Program-made: the position numbers and the translations under genes
IMG/VR virus record: IMGVR_UViG_3300044513_003802
Span: 1 to 34,301 of that record
Length of the DNA stretch: 34,301 nucleotides
Strand: one strand, 5' to 3'
Origin: a virus
Lineage: Duplodnaviria; Caudoviricetes
Shown here: positions 25,168 through 32,791 of the stretch, one piece after another
How positions within the stretch are numbered: the first letter of the stretch is position 1
Layout: each line of letters begins with the position of its first letter
The notes under the pieces: generated by a model
Database searches by the model: none
Seen by the model: the letters and a program-made list of their open reading frames with translations, nothing else
What the model was told of the DNA's origin: nothing

Positions 25168-25427
25168 TGCCAGAGAAGTTTCTAAAACCATTTATTGATC
25201 GACCAGGTATTTTAGATCCAATTCCTGGTGATCCTCAAGGTTATGTAACTAATGATGGTATGTGGGCAGCAATTCCAATTATTGCCAGTAAAGAATTTGT
25301 CATCATACATAATGGTAGTCAGGTAAAAGTTTGCAAAGACTATAAATCTTCAGTTAATTTTATCCTTTCGCAAACTAAACCTTCAAAGAGGAGAACTAAT
25401 GGACGAAAAAAAGGAAAAGCGTCGTGA
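25167..25427 (+). CDS. Hypothetical protein
   Basis: TAATG coupling; GYVT.DGMWAAIP...FVIIHNG.QV motif. Confidence 0.75.
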   Translation: MPEKFLKPFIDRPGILDPIPGDPQGYVTNDGMWAAIPIIASKEFVIIHNGSQVKVCKDYKSSVNFILSQTKPSKRRTNGRKKGKAS

Positions 25428-25581
25428 TGCTCTTGGTTTGTTCTATGAAAGTGTTCTGAAACCAGATTCCGATCTCAGGCAGTGTGCTCACAATCAACAA
25501 TGCTTCCATGAACTAATGGAATGGAGATCAGAAGTTCTTGAATACCTTGATACTCGTAGGAATCAGGAGTTTAACCAGTGA
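25399..25581 (+). CDS. Hypothetical protein
   Basis: GAGGAG RBS; FYESVLKPD..LRQCAHNQ.C..ELMEWR. Confidence 0.75.
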   Translation: MDEKKEKRRDALGLFYESVLKPDSDLRQCAHNQQCFHELMEWRSEVLEYLDTRRNQEFNQ

Positions 25582-25817
25582 ACTCCTATTATATAATACT
25601 CTCACTGTTTGCAGTGGCAGCGTACTTTATCGTAACTGATGATAGCGTTGCTGCTGCATTTTTTTATGTCACAAGGTTAGCAAAAGCATATATTCAACGC
25701 CAGTGGTGGTGGTTTTTGCACAATCCACGCAATCCTGTGGTAAAATATCTCATATATCGTCGTTCTATGAGACTCGCAAAAGAAATGATGGAAAAAATTC
25801 AAAATGAAAAGAATTAG
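25578..25817 (+). CDS. Small membrane-anchored hypothetical protein
   Basis: GTG start in a GTGA overlap, AGGAG RBS, hydrophobic N-terminus. Confidence 0.7.
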   Translation: MNSYYIILSLFAVAAYFIVTDDSVAAAFFYVTRLAKAYIQRQWWWFLHNPRNPVVKYLIYRRSMRLAKEMMEKIQNEKN

Positions 25818-26046
25818 AATATGGTTATGGGGTATTGTTTCTGAGTTGGAATATCAACTTTATCCTTGGAAATCTGATATTCCAGATGATGAAGAAGAAT
25901 ACACTCCACCGCCAGATTATGAACGCAATTTTAGGGATGATTGGATGAAATCTCAAGATGAAAGAATCAGTCGTCTTCAAGAAGAAATGATTTGGGTTCA
26001 AAAGGAGATACATAAATTGCATGTCGAGTATAGGACACACGACTAA
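25804..26046 (+). CDS. Hypothetical protein
   Basis: Part of the overlapping ORF chain; C-terminal coiled coil. Confidence 0.65.
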   Translation: MKRIRIWLWGIVSELEYQLYPWKSDIPDDEEEYTPPPDYERNFRDDWMKSQDERISRLQEEMIWVQKEIHKLHVEYRTHD

Positions 26047-26234
26047 TGTATGAAGATTTGGATTGCTTTGAAAAAGCATTAGCACATTTTGGAACCAGGA
26101 CAGATATTATTATTGCCCTCGAACTGGGTGATAAGATTGACTCTGAAACTGCCTATAAAAGAATCAAAGAAGAGTTGAAAGAGTTAAAAAAGATTCGTAA
26201 GAAGCATAGGGAGAAAAACTGTAATGACTGCTGA
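26046..26234 (+). CDS. Hypothetical protein
   Basis: TAATG coupling; FE.AL..FG.R..II.ALE.G.KI....AY..IK. Confidence 0.75.
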   Translation: MYEDLDCFEKALAHFGTRTDIIIALELGDKIDSETAYKRIKEELKELKKIRKKHREKNCNDC

Positions 26235-26406
26235 TAATGATAGTATGAAAATCTCACAAAATGAAGACGGTTCCTTCACGATGGACTGGGATCCACAAGA
26301 CTCAAAATGGGCTTGGTTAAATGGGTTGACACAGAAGGAGATTCAGGTTATAGTAGGGCAAGCAATACAGGACTACCTCGATGACCTCAAATCCCCTGAG
26401 TTCTGA
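26224..26406 (+). CDS. Hypothetical protein
   Basis: GGAG RBS; QNEDGSFT.DWDP.D.KW..LN. Confidence 0.7.
   Translation: MTADNDSMKISQNEDGSFTMDWDPQDSKWAWLNGLTQKEIQVIVGQAIQDYLDDLKSPEF
26326..26354 (+). promoter_or_regulatory. Intragenic sigma70 promoter
   Basis: TTGACA (26326-26331), 17 nt, TATAGT (26349-26354), upstream of the ATG at 26381. Confidence 0.6.
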
Positions 26407-26902
26407 CTTTTCCTACAAGAAGTATTCTCTTGAACAACTTGACAACTGGGTGAATGATGCTCTGAACTGTGAGGATCTTACACCACAAGACATCTACGAT
26501 ACTGTTGTTAAGTGTGTGGATGAGAGTGTAGAGTACCACAAAAAGTACTTGACTAAGAGTATCGATCTCCTTTCACTTTTGAAGGGTCATCGTTTAGTTG
26601 ACTTTAATGAATCTTATGATGGTTGGGATTATACTGCCACTGGCGAAAAATTTTCACAATACACTGAGGAAGAAATGGATGCCATGTGCGAACGTGCGGC
26701 AACTGAAAATGATAAAGAGAAGTGCCGTGAGTATAACCTGCGTGAGGCAGAGTACTACGATAAGAGAGCAAAACTTGATGCTAGTTATGCACAAATGATT
26801 GCCGATGGTTATCAAATGACTGATGATGGTTTTTGGATTAAAGAAACGAAAGATGACCTGAATCACTCCAAGTATTACTATAATTTTGATCGGAACAAAT
26901 AA
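26381..26902 (+). CDS. Hypothetical protein
   Basis: 173-aa acidic ORF in the coupled chain. Confidence 0.7.
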   Translation: MTSNPLSSDFSYKKYSLEQLDNWVNDALNCEDLTPQDIYDTVVKCVDESVEYHKKYLTKSIDLLSLLKGHRLVDFNESYDGWDYTATGEKFSQYTEEEMDAMCERAATENDKEKCREYNLREAEYYDKRAKLDASYAQMIADGYQMTDDGFWIKETKDDLNHSKYYYNFDRNK

Positions 26903-27096
26903 TGTACACGATTAAACTTCTTGCACCGTTTGTTGCGTCTCTTTGTATGAACAATGTTGTTGAAAAACAAGGAGAACTATGCAATGTTAGACAAACTTCA
27001 CCACCTGTGATAAAATATTATGAACCTGGGAAGTCTTGCTACGTAAATGGAACTTTCTACCAAAAATGTGAGGATCGATTGAATGGCCCTATCTGA
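26902..27096 (+). CDS. Small Cys-containing hypothetical protein
   Basis: TAATG coupling; CY.NG.FY..C motif. Confidence 0.65.
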   Translation: MYTIKLLAPFVASLCMNNVVEKQGELCNVRQTSPPVIKYYEPGKSCYVNGTFYQKCEDRLNGPI

Positions 27097-27307
27097 GTCA
27101 GTTGAAAGCAGTTTGAGAGAAGCAGAAGCATCATTGCGTAATGCTTTGGCATATGCTGCTCGTCAAGAAAAACCATTTATAGCAAAGAACATTGCTGATA
27201 TGGTAATGCAGATTGACAATTTGATTAGTGCTGATGCCTTGATTGATAAGATCGAAAATCGTAAAGATGGAGACTCTGGTCTCTTTGGATCGTTCTTTGG
27301 CGATTAA
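27083..27307 (+). CDS. Hypothetical protein
   Basis: MALS.SV..SL.EA...LRNALA.AAR.E.P. Confidence 0.75.
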   Translation: MALSESVESSLREAEASLRNALAYAARQEKPFIAKNIADMVMQIDNLISADALIDKIENRKDGDSGLFGSFFGD

Positions 27308-27395
27308 GTTCTATAACCTAATCCCAAAGAAAACATTAAATTTCTAGATAGTTCTAGATTCTTTTGTTAGAATTTGAACACATCGCAAGACCATC

Positions 27396-27548
27396 ATGAC
27401 TCTTCCATCGCAAGGTAAAAAACTGACCCAAAATGAAGTAGAAAGCATTACTATTGCAATTAAACATGCAGATATCCGTGCTATTCATCCAGACAGAATG
27501 GAAGCATTTGCTGACTATCTTGTGTCTAAAATGAAAGAGCAAAATAAA
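27396..27548 (+). CDS. Small hypothetical protein (50 aa; missing from ORF track)
   Basis: MTLPSQGKKLTQNEVESITIAIKHADIRAIHPDRMEAFADYLVSKMKEQK fills the gap before cp12. Confidence 0.65.
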
Positions 27549-27551
27549 TAA
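27545..27551 (+). promoter_or_regulatory. Late promoter ATAAATA upstream of cp12
   Basis: Overlaps a stop codon, 21 nt before the cp12 ATG. Confidence 0.6.
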
Positions 27552-27572
27552 GTATTAGCACGTTACAAAACT

Positions 27573-27785
27573 ATGGAAAACATCGATCAACATATACAAA
27601 AAGATAAAGAAATCTTAGATGATTCTACAATTTCTCCCCAAATGCGTCGCCACACACAAGCAGAACTAGAAGCATTGGAAACTTATAAAGAAAATCATCC
27701 AGAAGATCAACATGATCCAACTCCTCTTGAGTTGTATTGTGATACTCATCCTGATGCATCTGAGTGTAGAGTTTATGACGACTGA
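27573..27785 (+). CDS. cp12: CP12 Calvin-cycle inhibitor (auxiliary metabolic gene)
   Basis: C-terminal PTPLELYCDTHPDASECRVYDD; phage-type N-terminus with ISPQ.RRH. Confidence 0.95.
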   Translation: MENIDQHIQKDKEILDDSTISPQMRRHTQAELEALETYKENHPEDQHDPTPLELYCDTHPDASECRVYDD

Positions 27786-27786
27786 A

Positions 27787-27841
27787 CCAGTTTGAGAACT
27801 GGCACAGAAGGCGCTGAAACGCCTTCATATGCCCCTATAAT
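27787..27841 (+). promoter_or_regulatory. Palindromic-box promoter with internal hairpin
   Basis: CCAGT-N6-ACTGG-CACA, hairpin GAAGGCG-CTGAAA-CGCCTTC, TATAAT at 27836-27841. Confidence 0.8.
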
Positions 27842-27862
27842 AGGTTCATAAGCAAGCAACCG

Positions 27863-28228
27863 ATGCCTACCACCTTCGCTGATTACGTTGCCCAGCAAGA
27901 TGCCCGCAACACTATCGAACTAAATGTTCGCAAGTGGTCCATGATGCTCTGTGATGCTCTGCTGGACAACTTCAAGTCCCGCAACAACAACAGCAGCGAT
28001 TACAAGTTCTACATTGAGAGCGGTCGTAAGTATCATAAACTGATCATGGATGCTAACGGTTCCCGTTCGGTTCATGCCTTCATTGATCGTAAATCTGGTG
28101 AAGTGTATAAGTCTTCTTCCTGGAAATCTCCTGCCAAAGGTGTTCGCTACGATCTGCGATTGATTGAGCAGCGTGAGTGGTTGCTGGAAAATGCTGATTG
28201 GGCAGGTGGTTATTTGTATCAGCGATGA
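27863..28228 (+). CDS. Conserved phage protein of unknown function
   Basis: GRKY.K....SVHAFID..SG.VYK..SWK.PAK.VRY pattern; GC-richer codons. Confidence 0.8.
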   Translation: MPTTFADYVAQQDARNTIELNVRKWSMMLCDALLDNFKSRNNNSSDYKFYIESGRKYHKLIMDANGSRSVHAFIDRKSGEVYKSSSWKSPAKGVRYDLRLIEQREWLLENADWAGGYLYQR

Positions 28229-28350
28229 TATATGCTATAATCATTAGTGCTAGTATTGTGTGGGCAGCACTAGCACTCTTTTCACCCTGGTTTAATCATC
28301 TTGATGGCACTGAAAAAGAAACAAGAACAAATAAAGATAACCAACTCTAG
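28225..28350 (+). CDS. Small membrane protein (41 aa; missing from ORF track)
   Basis: ATGA overlap; MIYAIIISASIVWAALALFSPWFNHLDGTEKETRTNKDNQL. Confidence 0.55.
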   Translation: MIYAIIISASIVWAALALFSPWFNHLDGTEKETRTNKDNQL

Positions 28351-28360
28351 AAAAAAAGAA

Positions 28361-28513
28361 ATGTTTCCTTATGCAGAAACATTTCCCTACTTCTTGCAGG
28401 ATGATAGTGAAAAGAAAAAGTGTTGGTTTATGTGCAGAGAACATGCAGAAAAATACATTTTGAGGTATAATACAAAGTATAAACTTTATCACTACACTGG
28501 TAAAATAAAATGA
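28361..28513 (+). CDS. Hypothetical protein
   Basis: ATG at 28361 avoids overlap; FPY.L.....KKCWF.C.EH..KY..RY. Confidence 0.65.
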   Translation: MFPYAETFPYFLQDDSEKKKCWFMCREHAEKYILRYNTKYKLYHYTGKIK

Positions 28514-28671
28514 ACTTTAGGCAAGATCAATGGAAACTCATCTACAATGCTGTTCGGCGGTATCAGATTGAAAAGTGTATTACGGATAGTCCAGAATACT
28601 GGGAGTGTGGCACCATTCTTGATGAACTCTTTGATGGGGTTTATACACAGAACAAAGAACAATCTACCTAA
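28510..28671 (+). CDS. Hypothetical protein (53 aa; missing from ORF track)
   Basis: ATGA overlap; MNFRQDQWKLIYNAVRRYQIEKC...; abuts the next ATG. Confidence 0.7.
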   Translation: MNFRQDQWKLIYNAVRRYQIEKCITDSPEYWECGTILDELFDGVYTQNKEQST

Positions 28672-28875
28672 ATGAATCCGAGTAAAGAACAACTAATCGA
28701 CGCACTCTACAATGAGTATGTTTTTCTTTGTCATGATGATTTCGATCCAGATGAGGATGCAACTCCTGAAGAATACCTTGAAATGTTGAAAGAAATGACC
28801 TATAATGAGTTGGTTGAGGAAACTGGCACCGATGAGATATTCAGTATGGATGAGTTTATGGAGGCATGGAGTTGA
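28672..28875 (+). CDS. Acidic hypothetical protein
   Basis: KEQLIDALY.EY..LCHDDFDP. Confidence 0.75.
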   Translation: MNPSKEQLIDALYNEYVFLCHDDFDPDEDATPEEYLEMLKEMTYNELVEETGTDEIFSMDEFMEAWS

Positions 28876-28933
28876 CCTCAACACATAAACTGATCTTTGT
28901 TGGTTCTTTTGTTTGGTTTTTGCATTGGGGTTC

Positions 28934-29410
28934 ATGTCTTACATCTGCCATTCTGGATACGGTTATTCTAAAATCATCTGTGAAGATGTTACCTCTTGGT
29001 TTCTGAATAAGTTCTTTCCACGTCATAAGATTACTGTAGATATTGTTCATCGTGGTTTGAAACGTGATGCAGTTTATGGATACTGCGATATTTTGGGTGA
29101 AAGTTATCATCCTCGACACTTTATTATAGAACTTCAGACCTACATGGATGAGGAGTTGTATATAAAAACCCTTTTGCATGAACTGACCCATCTGGCACAG
29201 TGGATACGTGGTTCCCTGCGGTCCCGTTACGGAAAATTGTGTTATTGTAAAACACCAGTAGAGAATTGGGAGTATTGGTATCAACCACATGAGATTGAGG
29301 CACGGGAAGAAGAAGAAAGGTTATATCTGATGTACTTAAATGATACTTTTGGTGTGCCAGCACAGGAAGTGGCACAGTTCTTCCCGAACCGCCTGAGGGA
29401 GGCAGTATAA
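28934..29410 (+). CDS. Putative zinc metallopeptidase (HExxH)
   Basis: VYGYC...TLLHELTHLAQ...Y..QPHEIEA; ATG at 28934 preferred. Confidence 0.75.
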   Translation: MSYICHSGYGYSKIICEDVTSWFLNKFFPRHKITVDIVHRGLKRDAVYGYCDILGESYHPRHFIIELQTYMDEELYIKTLLHELTHLAQWIRGSLRSRYGKLCYCKTPVENWEYWYQPHEIEAREEEERLYLMYLNDTFGVPAQEVAQFFPNRLREAV

Positions 29411-29411
29411 T
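29353..29411 (+). promoter_or_regulatory. Palindromic-box promoter
   Basis: TGTGCCA-N10-TGGCACA inverted repeat; TATAAT at 29406-29411. Confidence 0.8.
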
Positions 29412-29433
29412 TACAAGGTAATCGAGAGCACAC

Positions 29434-29676
29434 ATGCAACTCCAAACCTCCGCGACTCAGATTGATTTCTTCCCCGAGGTCAGCGGCAAGCGTTTCACCA
29501 AGCGTGTAATCTGGCATCCCACTGAAGAACTCTCTCAGCAGATGACTTCTTTCAGCACTGTTGTCAAGTCTGATATGGTTTACGATGTGAATCAGTATAT
29601 TGCTAATGGTGCCACGGTAACTGACTTCAACCTGGAAGCATATACTGGTTCTGATTATTCTCCGATGATGTGCTAA
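29434..29676 (+). CDS. Hypothetical protein (probably early)
   Basis: Directly follows a box promoter; GC-richer codons. Confidence 0.75.
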   Translation: MQLQTSATQIDFFPEVSGKRFTKRVIWHPTEELSQQMTSFSTVVKSDMVYDVNQYIANGATVTDFNLEAYTGSDYSPMMC

Positions 29677-29695
29677 TATAATATAATCAGTATGA

Positions 29696-29908
29696 ATGGA
29701 TACTATGACTGAAACACAAGTAAATCTAAATGTTCATGAACTAGGTGTGATTCTATCTGCACTTCAGTTGTTGGAGAATCGTGATGAGAATCAGATTGCT
29801 CGTGAATACGGAAGTGCAACGGTACTGTATAACAAACTCAGTGCCGTTATGGAGCAGATGGACACTTCAGAAACTGGACTCCGCAACGACGTGGTGCCCT
29901 CTTTCTGA
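29696..29908 (+). CDS. Hypothetical protein
   Basis: LNVHE.GVILSALQ...EYGS...LY.KL; start may be 29704-29706 region or 29696. Confidence 0.65.
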   Translation: MDTMTETQVNLNVHELGVILSALQLLENRDENQIAREYGSATVLYNKLSAVMEQMDTSETGLRNDVVPSF

Positions 29909-29916
29909 TCTATAAT
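29862..29916 (+). promoter_or_regulatory. Degenerate palindromic-box promoter
   Basis: ACACT-N6-ACTGG, then 33 nt to TATAAT (29911-29916). Confidence 0.65.
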
Positions 29917-29940
29917 AAGAGCATCGACAGGGAGATCCCC

Positions 29941-30087
29941 ATGAACGACACCGACCTCTGCGAACTTCGCCAGACCATCCTGGAAGAGGTTGAGGACATG
30001 GACATTGAGATGCTCAAGCGAATTGCCTATGAGTGCCGTTGTGAAGAGAACGGTATCTATCCTGATCAAACCTACATTCGCTGGTGA
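29941..30087 (+). CDS. Small protein (48 aa; missing from ORF track)
   Basis: GGGAG RBS; MNDTDLCELRQTILEEVEDMDIEMLKRIAYECRCEENGIYPDQTYIRW. Confidence 0.75.
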   Translation: MNDTDLCELRQTILEEVEDMDIEMLKRIAYECRCEENGIYPDQTYIRW

Positions 30088-30230
30088 TGATTACTCAAGA
30101 AAACAGAGAGTTTGTTGACTTTCTTTTCGGCAAACTCCTCAAGCACGTAGACACTGATATGATTGATCTACAGGACGATGATTCCTGTGACGATCATCTA
30201 CAGTTCCAACAACTTTCTTTGTTCCGATGA
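30087..30230 (+). CDS. Small protein with C-terminal QLSLF motif (47 aa; missing from ORF track)
   Basis: TGATG coupling upstream and ATGA overlap downstream; MITQENREFVDFLFGKLLKHVDTDMIDLQDDDSCDDHLQFQQLSLFR. Confidence 0.75.
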   Translation: MITQENREFVDFLFGKLLKHVDTDMIDLQDDDSCDDHLQFQQLSLFR

Positions 30231-30430
30231 AACTCTCCCATTCTTCTGTTACTAAGATTGCGGATGCTATTAAACCATCAATCATTGAGTATTTGATTGC
30301 TGATGATCGATTTACCCAGGCACTACAGGACAGTGTTGCTGACGGTATTCGTGAAGTAATGGGTGATATGGACGATGATCTCTTCTTTGAGATTGGTATG
30401 TTGGTATTCGATCGCATTGAATTAAAATGA
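30227..30430 (+). CDS. Hypothetical protein
   Basis: ATGA-coupled chain. Confidence 0.75.
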   Translation: MKLSHSSVTKIADAIKPSIIEYLIADDRFTQALQDSVADGIREVMGDMDDDLFFEIGMLVFDRIELK

Positions 30431-30609
30431 ACGATGAGGACATCAAACAGTTTATGAATGCATTTGAGGACTTTATGGAACACGCAAACACTGAGATCGA
30501 TGCTCACCAGAAGTGGGAAGAGGCACGGAAGTATACTGAGGGTTTTTATGAAGAGAAAGCAGCAGAACTTGAAGTGACGGTTGATTATTATATGGCAGAG
30601 TTTGTATGA
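30427..30609 (+). CDS. Hypothetical protein
   Basis: C-terminal E..AAELEVTVDYY.AEF motif. Confidence 0.75.
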   Translation: MNDEDIKQFMNAFEDFMEHANTEIDAHQKWEEARKYTEGFYEEKAAELEVTVDYYMAEFV

Positions 30610-30672
30610 CTCCTTATCAACAGGCACAGGCACTGATTGCCCTTGCCGAACAAACCTATCTTGAGAACTATT

Positions 30673-30861
30673 ATGGACACAATCTCCACATTTTCAACCG
30701 AAACGAAACTGCACCTGGCACTGATGCAGACGAACAACATAAGCAATCTACTTGCGAATAATGACTATGAACTGTTCTTTTCGCAGCACTTATTACCAAT
30801 AAAGATTGAGATTGAACGTCAATTGACAAATTTATCACAATCGACTACAATTAAAGAGTAA
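30673..30861 (+). CDS. Hypothetical protein
   Basis: ATG at 30673 preferred; KL..AL.Q..NI..L...N.YE.F...HL..I..E.ERQL. Confidence 0.65.
   Translation: MDTISTFSTETKLHLALMQTNNISNLLANNDYELFFSQHLLPIKIEIERQLTNLSQSTTIKE
30823..30851 (+). promoter_or_regulatory. Sigma70 promoter
   Basis: TTGACA (30823-30828), 17 nt, TACAAT (30846-30851). Confidence 0.7.
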
Positions 30862-30871
30862 TTAACATTTA

Positions 30872-31114
30872 ATGATGACCAAATTTCTTTTCATTGTTGA
30901 TCACTTCGTTCCATTTCCCCAATCCGAATATGGTGGAATCTGGAATGTAATTGCAGAAGGTGATGAAGAATGTTTCGATCTCATTGCTGAAGCAGATGAA
31001 GGATTGAACGAACAATATTACAACAAACTGCGCGAAAACGTTGGTAAAGCAGTTGTTTGTGAATTGGCAGGTAATGACCTTGATTCCCAAATTGTTGCAG
31101 AGTTTTTGACTTGA
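30872..31114 (+). CDS. Hypothetical protein
   Basis: IVD..VPFP.SEYGG..NVIA....ECF. Confidence 0.75.
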   Translation: MMTKFLFIVDHFVPFPQSEYGGIWNVIAEGDEECFDLIAEADEGLNEQYYNKLRENVGKAVVCELAGNDLDSQIVAEFLT

Positions 31115-31398
31115 TGGACTTCGAGTTTCCACATACTGCACCTAAAGGTTATTCTTATGAGATTGAACCATTCAAGCGTAATCTTCTTGCTATCTGGATC
31201 TGTAATCATGGCAAGTTTTCTTATACCGACAAAACTCCCAAATCTATCTGGGGTTTCTATGATAGAAAAACAAAATGCTATTATGCGCCTATCAATGCCA
31301 CCAAGCAAGGAGATAAGGTAGATATTAATTCTACTACTCCATATTCAGCAATGCAATTAAATTTGAATCCTTTGATGCAATGTCTTATGTCCCTCTAG
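31114..31398 (+). CDS. Hypothetical protein
   Basis: FPH.APKGYSYE...IWGFY...Y.AP.N....G..V....TTPYSAM. Confidence 0.75.
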   Translation: MDFEFPHTAPKGYSYEIEPFKRNLLAIWICNHGKFSYTDKTPKSIWGFYDRKTKCYYAPINATKQGDKVDINSTTPYSAMQLNLNPLMQCLMSL

Positions 31399-31622
31399 TA
31401 GATGATTATGTAGTTTGGAATAAAAATCTCCACCCTGTTGAGGGATGGGTTTATTTTGCTTCTGAGCATTATATTACAATTGAAATTGGTGTTAAGTGTA
31501 AAGATGATGAGAACATCATGTGCTGCCCAATCCACAAAAAAACACACTGCCTAGTATTATGTTTCCCTGAATATTGGGATAAATTAGAATACATTAAAAA
31601 CCGCAGATGTGATGATATATAA
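31380..31622 (+). CDS. Hypothetical protein
   Basis: Y.P.V.DYV.W...EGWVYF...YITIE.GV. Confidence 0.75.
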   Translation: MSYVPLVDDYVVWNKNLHPVEGWVYFASEHYITIEIGVKCKDDENIMCCPIHKKTHCLVLCFPEYWDKLEYIKNRRCDDI

Positions 31623-31641
31623 AACATCTGAGGTTGACTAA

Positions 31642-32280
31642 ATGATACCCTATAGAAAATCACTATTTCCAGTTTCTATATTTCATACAAATATTAGAGA
31701 GAATAATTCTCTAAAAGAGAGATATCTTCCTCGAATCTTAGATAACTACGGCAAGAGAAGTATTGATATTCCTTCTGGTTGGGATACTGGAAATGTCTAT
31801 ACTTCTTTTGATAATGATGGCATCAATCAAAGTATATTTGATGAGGTAATAGTTGGAACCTATTTCAAGTATATTAAAAAGTTCTTTGATAAAGAAGTTG
31901 AATTTGATATTGTAGATCTTTGGTTTAATTGTTATGAGAATGGTGAGTATCAAGAGCAGCATAATCATTTAAATTATGACATCTTCAATTCTACAGTTGC
32001 ACACTTTGCCTGCATACATTATTTGAGATTTGATCCAAAAGTTCATCAATCTGCCATATTTGTTGATCCAATAAATGAATTGAGATTCAACACTCTTGAG
32101 ATGACTTCTAACCACTATGTTAGTAAATATGTTCCTCAAGTTAATGAAGGTGATATAATTATGTTCCCTAACTATTTGGAACACTTTGTTAAACAAACTC
32201 CACCAACAGAGGGAAATCCAAGAGTAACTATTTCGTTTAATATATCGGTAAAGAAATATGGAGACATGGAAAGAGATTGA
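31642..32280 (+). CDS. Putative 2OG-Fe(II) oxygenase (TIGR02466-like)
   Basis: WFN.Y..G.YQE.HNH...EGDIIMFP.YL.H.V...RVTISFN. Confidence 0.85.
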   Translation: MIPYRKSLFPVSIFHTNIRENNSLKERYLPRILDNYGKRSIDIPSGWDTGNVYTSFDNDGINQSIFDEVIVGTYFKYIKKFFDKEVEFDIVDLWFNCYENGEYQEQHNHLNYDIFNSTVAHFACIHYLRFDPKVHQSAIFVDPINELRFNTLEMTSNHYVSKYVPQVNEGDIIMFPNYLEHFVKQTPPTEGNPRVTISFNISVKKYGDMERD

Positions 32281-32767
32281 AATTAGTTTTGCGGACAAGT
32301 TTCTCTCAGAAAAAGAGCATGAAATAGTTGCTAATTATTGCACCAGTTGCAAATATAGTTTTGGTGAAGTTGATGATTATATTGTATCACTTCCGCCAAC
32401 TGGAATGGTACATGAAATACCTGAAACTGAATTCATATACAAACTATTTCGAAAGAGAATTCATGAGAAGTTAGAGTTTACTCGTGAATTAAAATTGTAT
32501 CGCATGTATGTGAATATGTTTGCACCAGGTGAGCAACCATATTTCCATCAAGATGGCGAGGGTTTGACATTTCTGTATTATCCAAACTTTGAGTGGGACA
32601 TTCAAATGGGAGGAGAGACACAGTTCATGGTTGATAATAACATCAACGGTATTATTCCCACACCAAATCGTCTTGTATTTTTTAATGGAATGGTATGGCA
32701 TCGTGCCACATCATTTAGGGATCGACATCGATTTACTGTGGCAATTAAGTATGAACCATCTAAATAA
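32258..32767 (+). CDS. 2OG-Fe(II) oxygenase (prolyl-hydroxylase-like)
   Basis: RMYVN...FHQD...T.LYY.N.EW....GGETQF...PNRLV.F.G...HRA...RFTVA.K. Confidence 0.88.
   Translation: METWKEIEISFADKFLSEKEHEIVANYCTSCKYSFGEVDDYIVSLPPTGMVHEIPETEFIYKLFRKRIHEKLEFTRELKLYRMYVNMFAPGEQPYFHQDGEGLTFLYYPNFEWDIQMGGETQFMVDNNINGIIPTPNRLVFFNGMVWHRATSFRDRHRFTVAIKYEPSK
32760..32766 (+). promoter_or_regulatory. Variant late promoter CTAAATA
   Basis: 25 nt upstream of the ATG at 32792. Confidence 0.55.
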
Positions 32768-32791
32768 AAAGAAAGGATTACGTCTAGATTC

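Noticed and set aside
27303-27375. Possible Pho box or operator (TTAA-like repeats; TCTAGA-tagt-TCTAGA) upstream of the cp12 region
   Set aside because: No consistent 11-nt periodicity; the short palindrome in AT-rich DNA is not enough to call a site.
11806-29916. Repeated CCAGT...ACTGGCAC motif as a CRISPR array or IS ends
   Set aside because: Copies are dispersed, degenerate and always tied to TATAAT; no spacers, cas genes or transposase.
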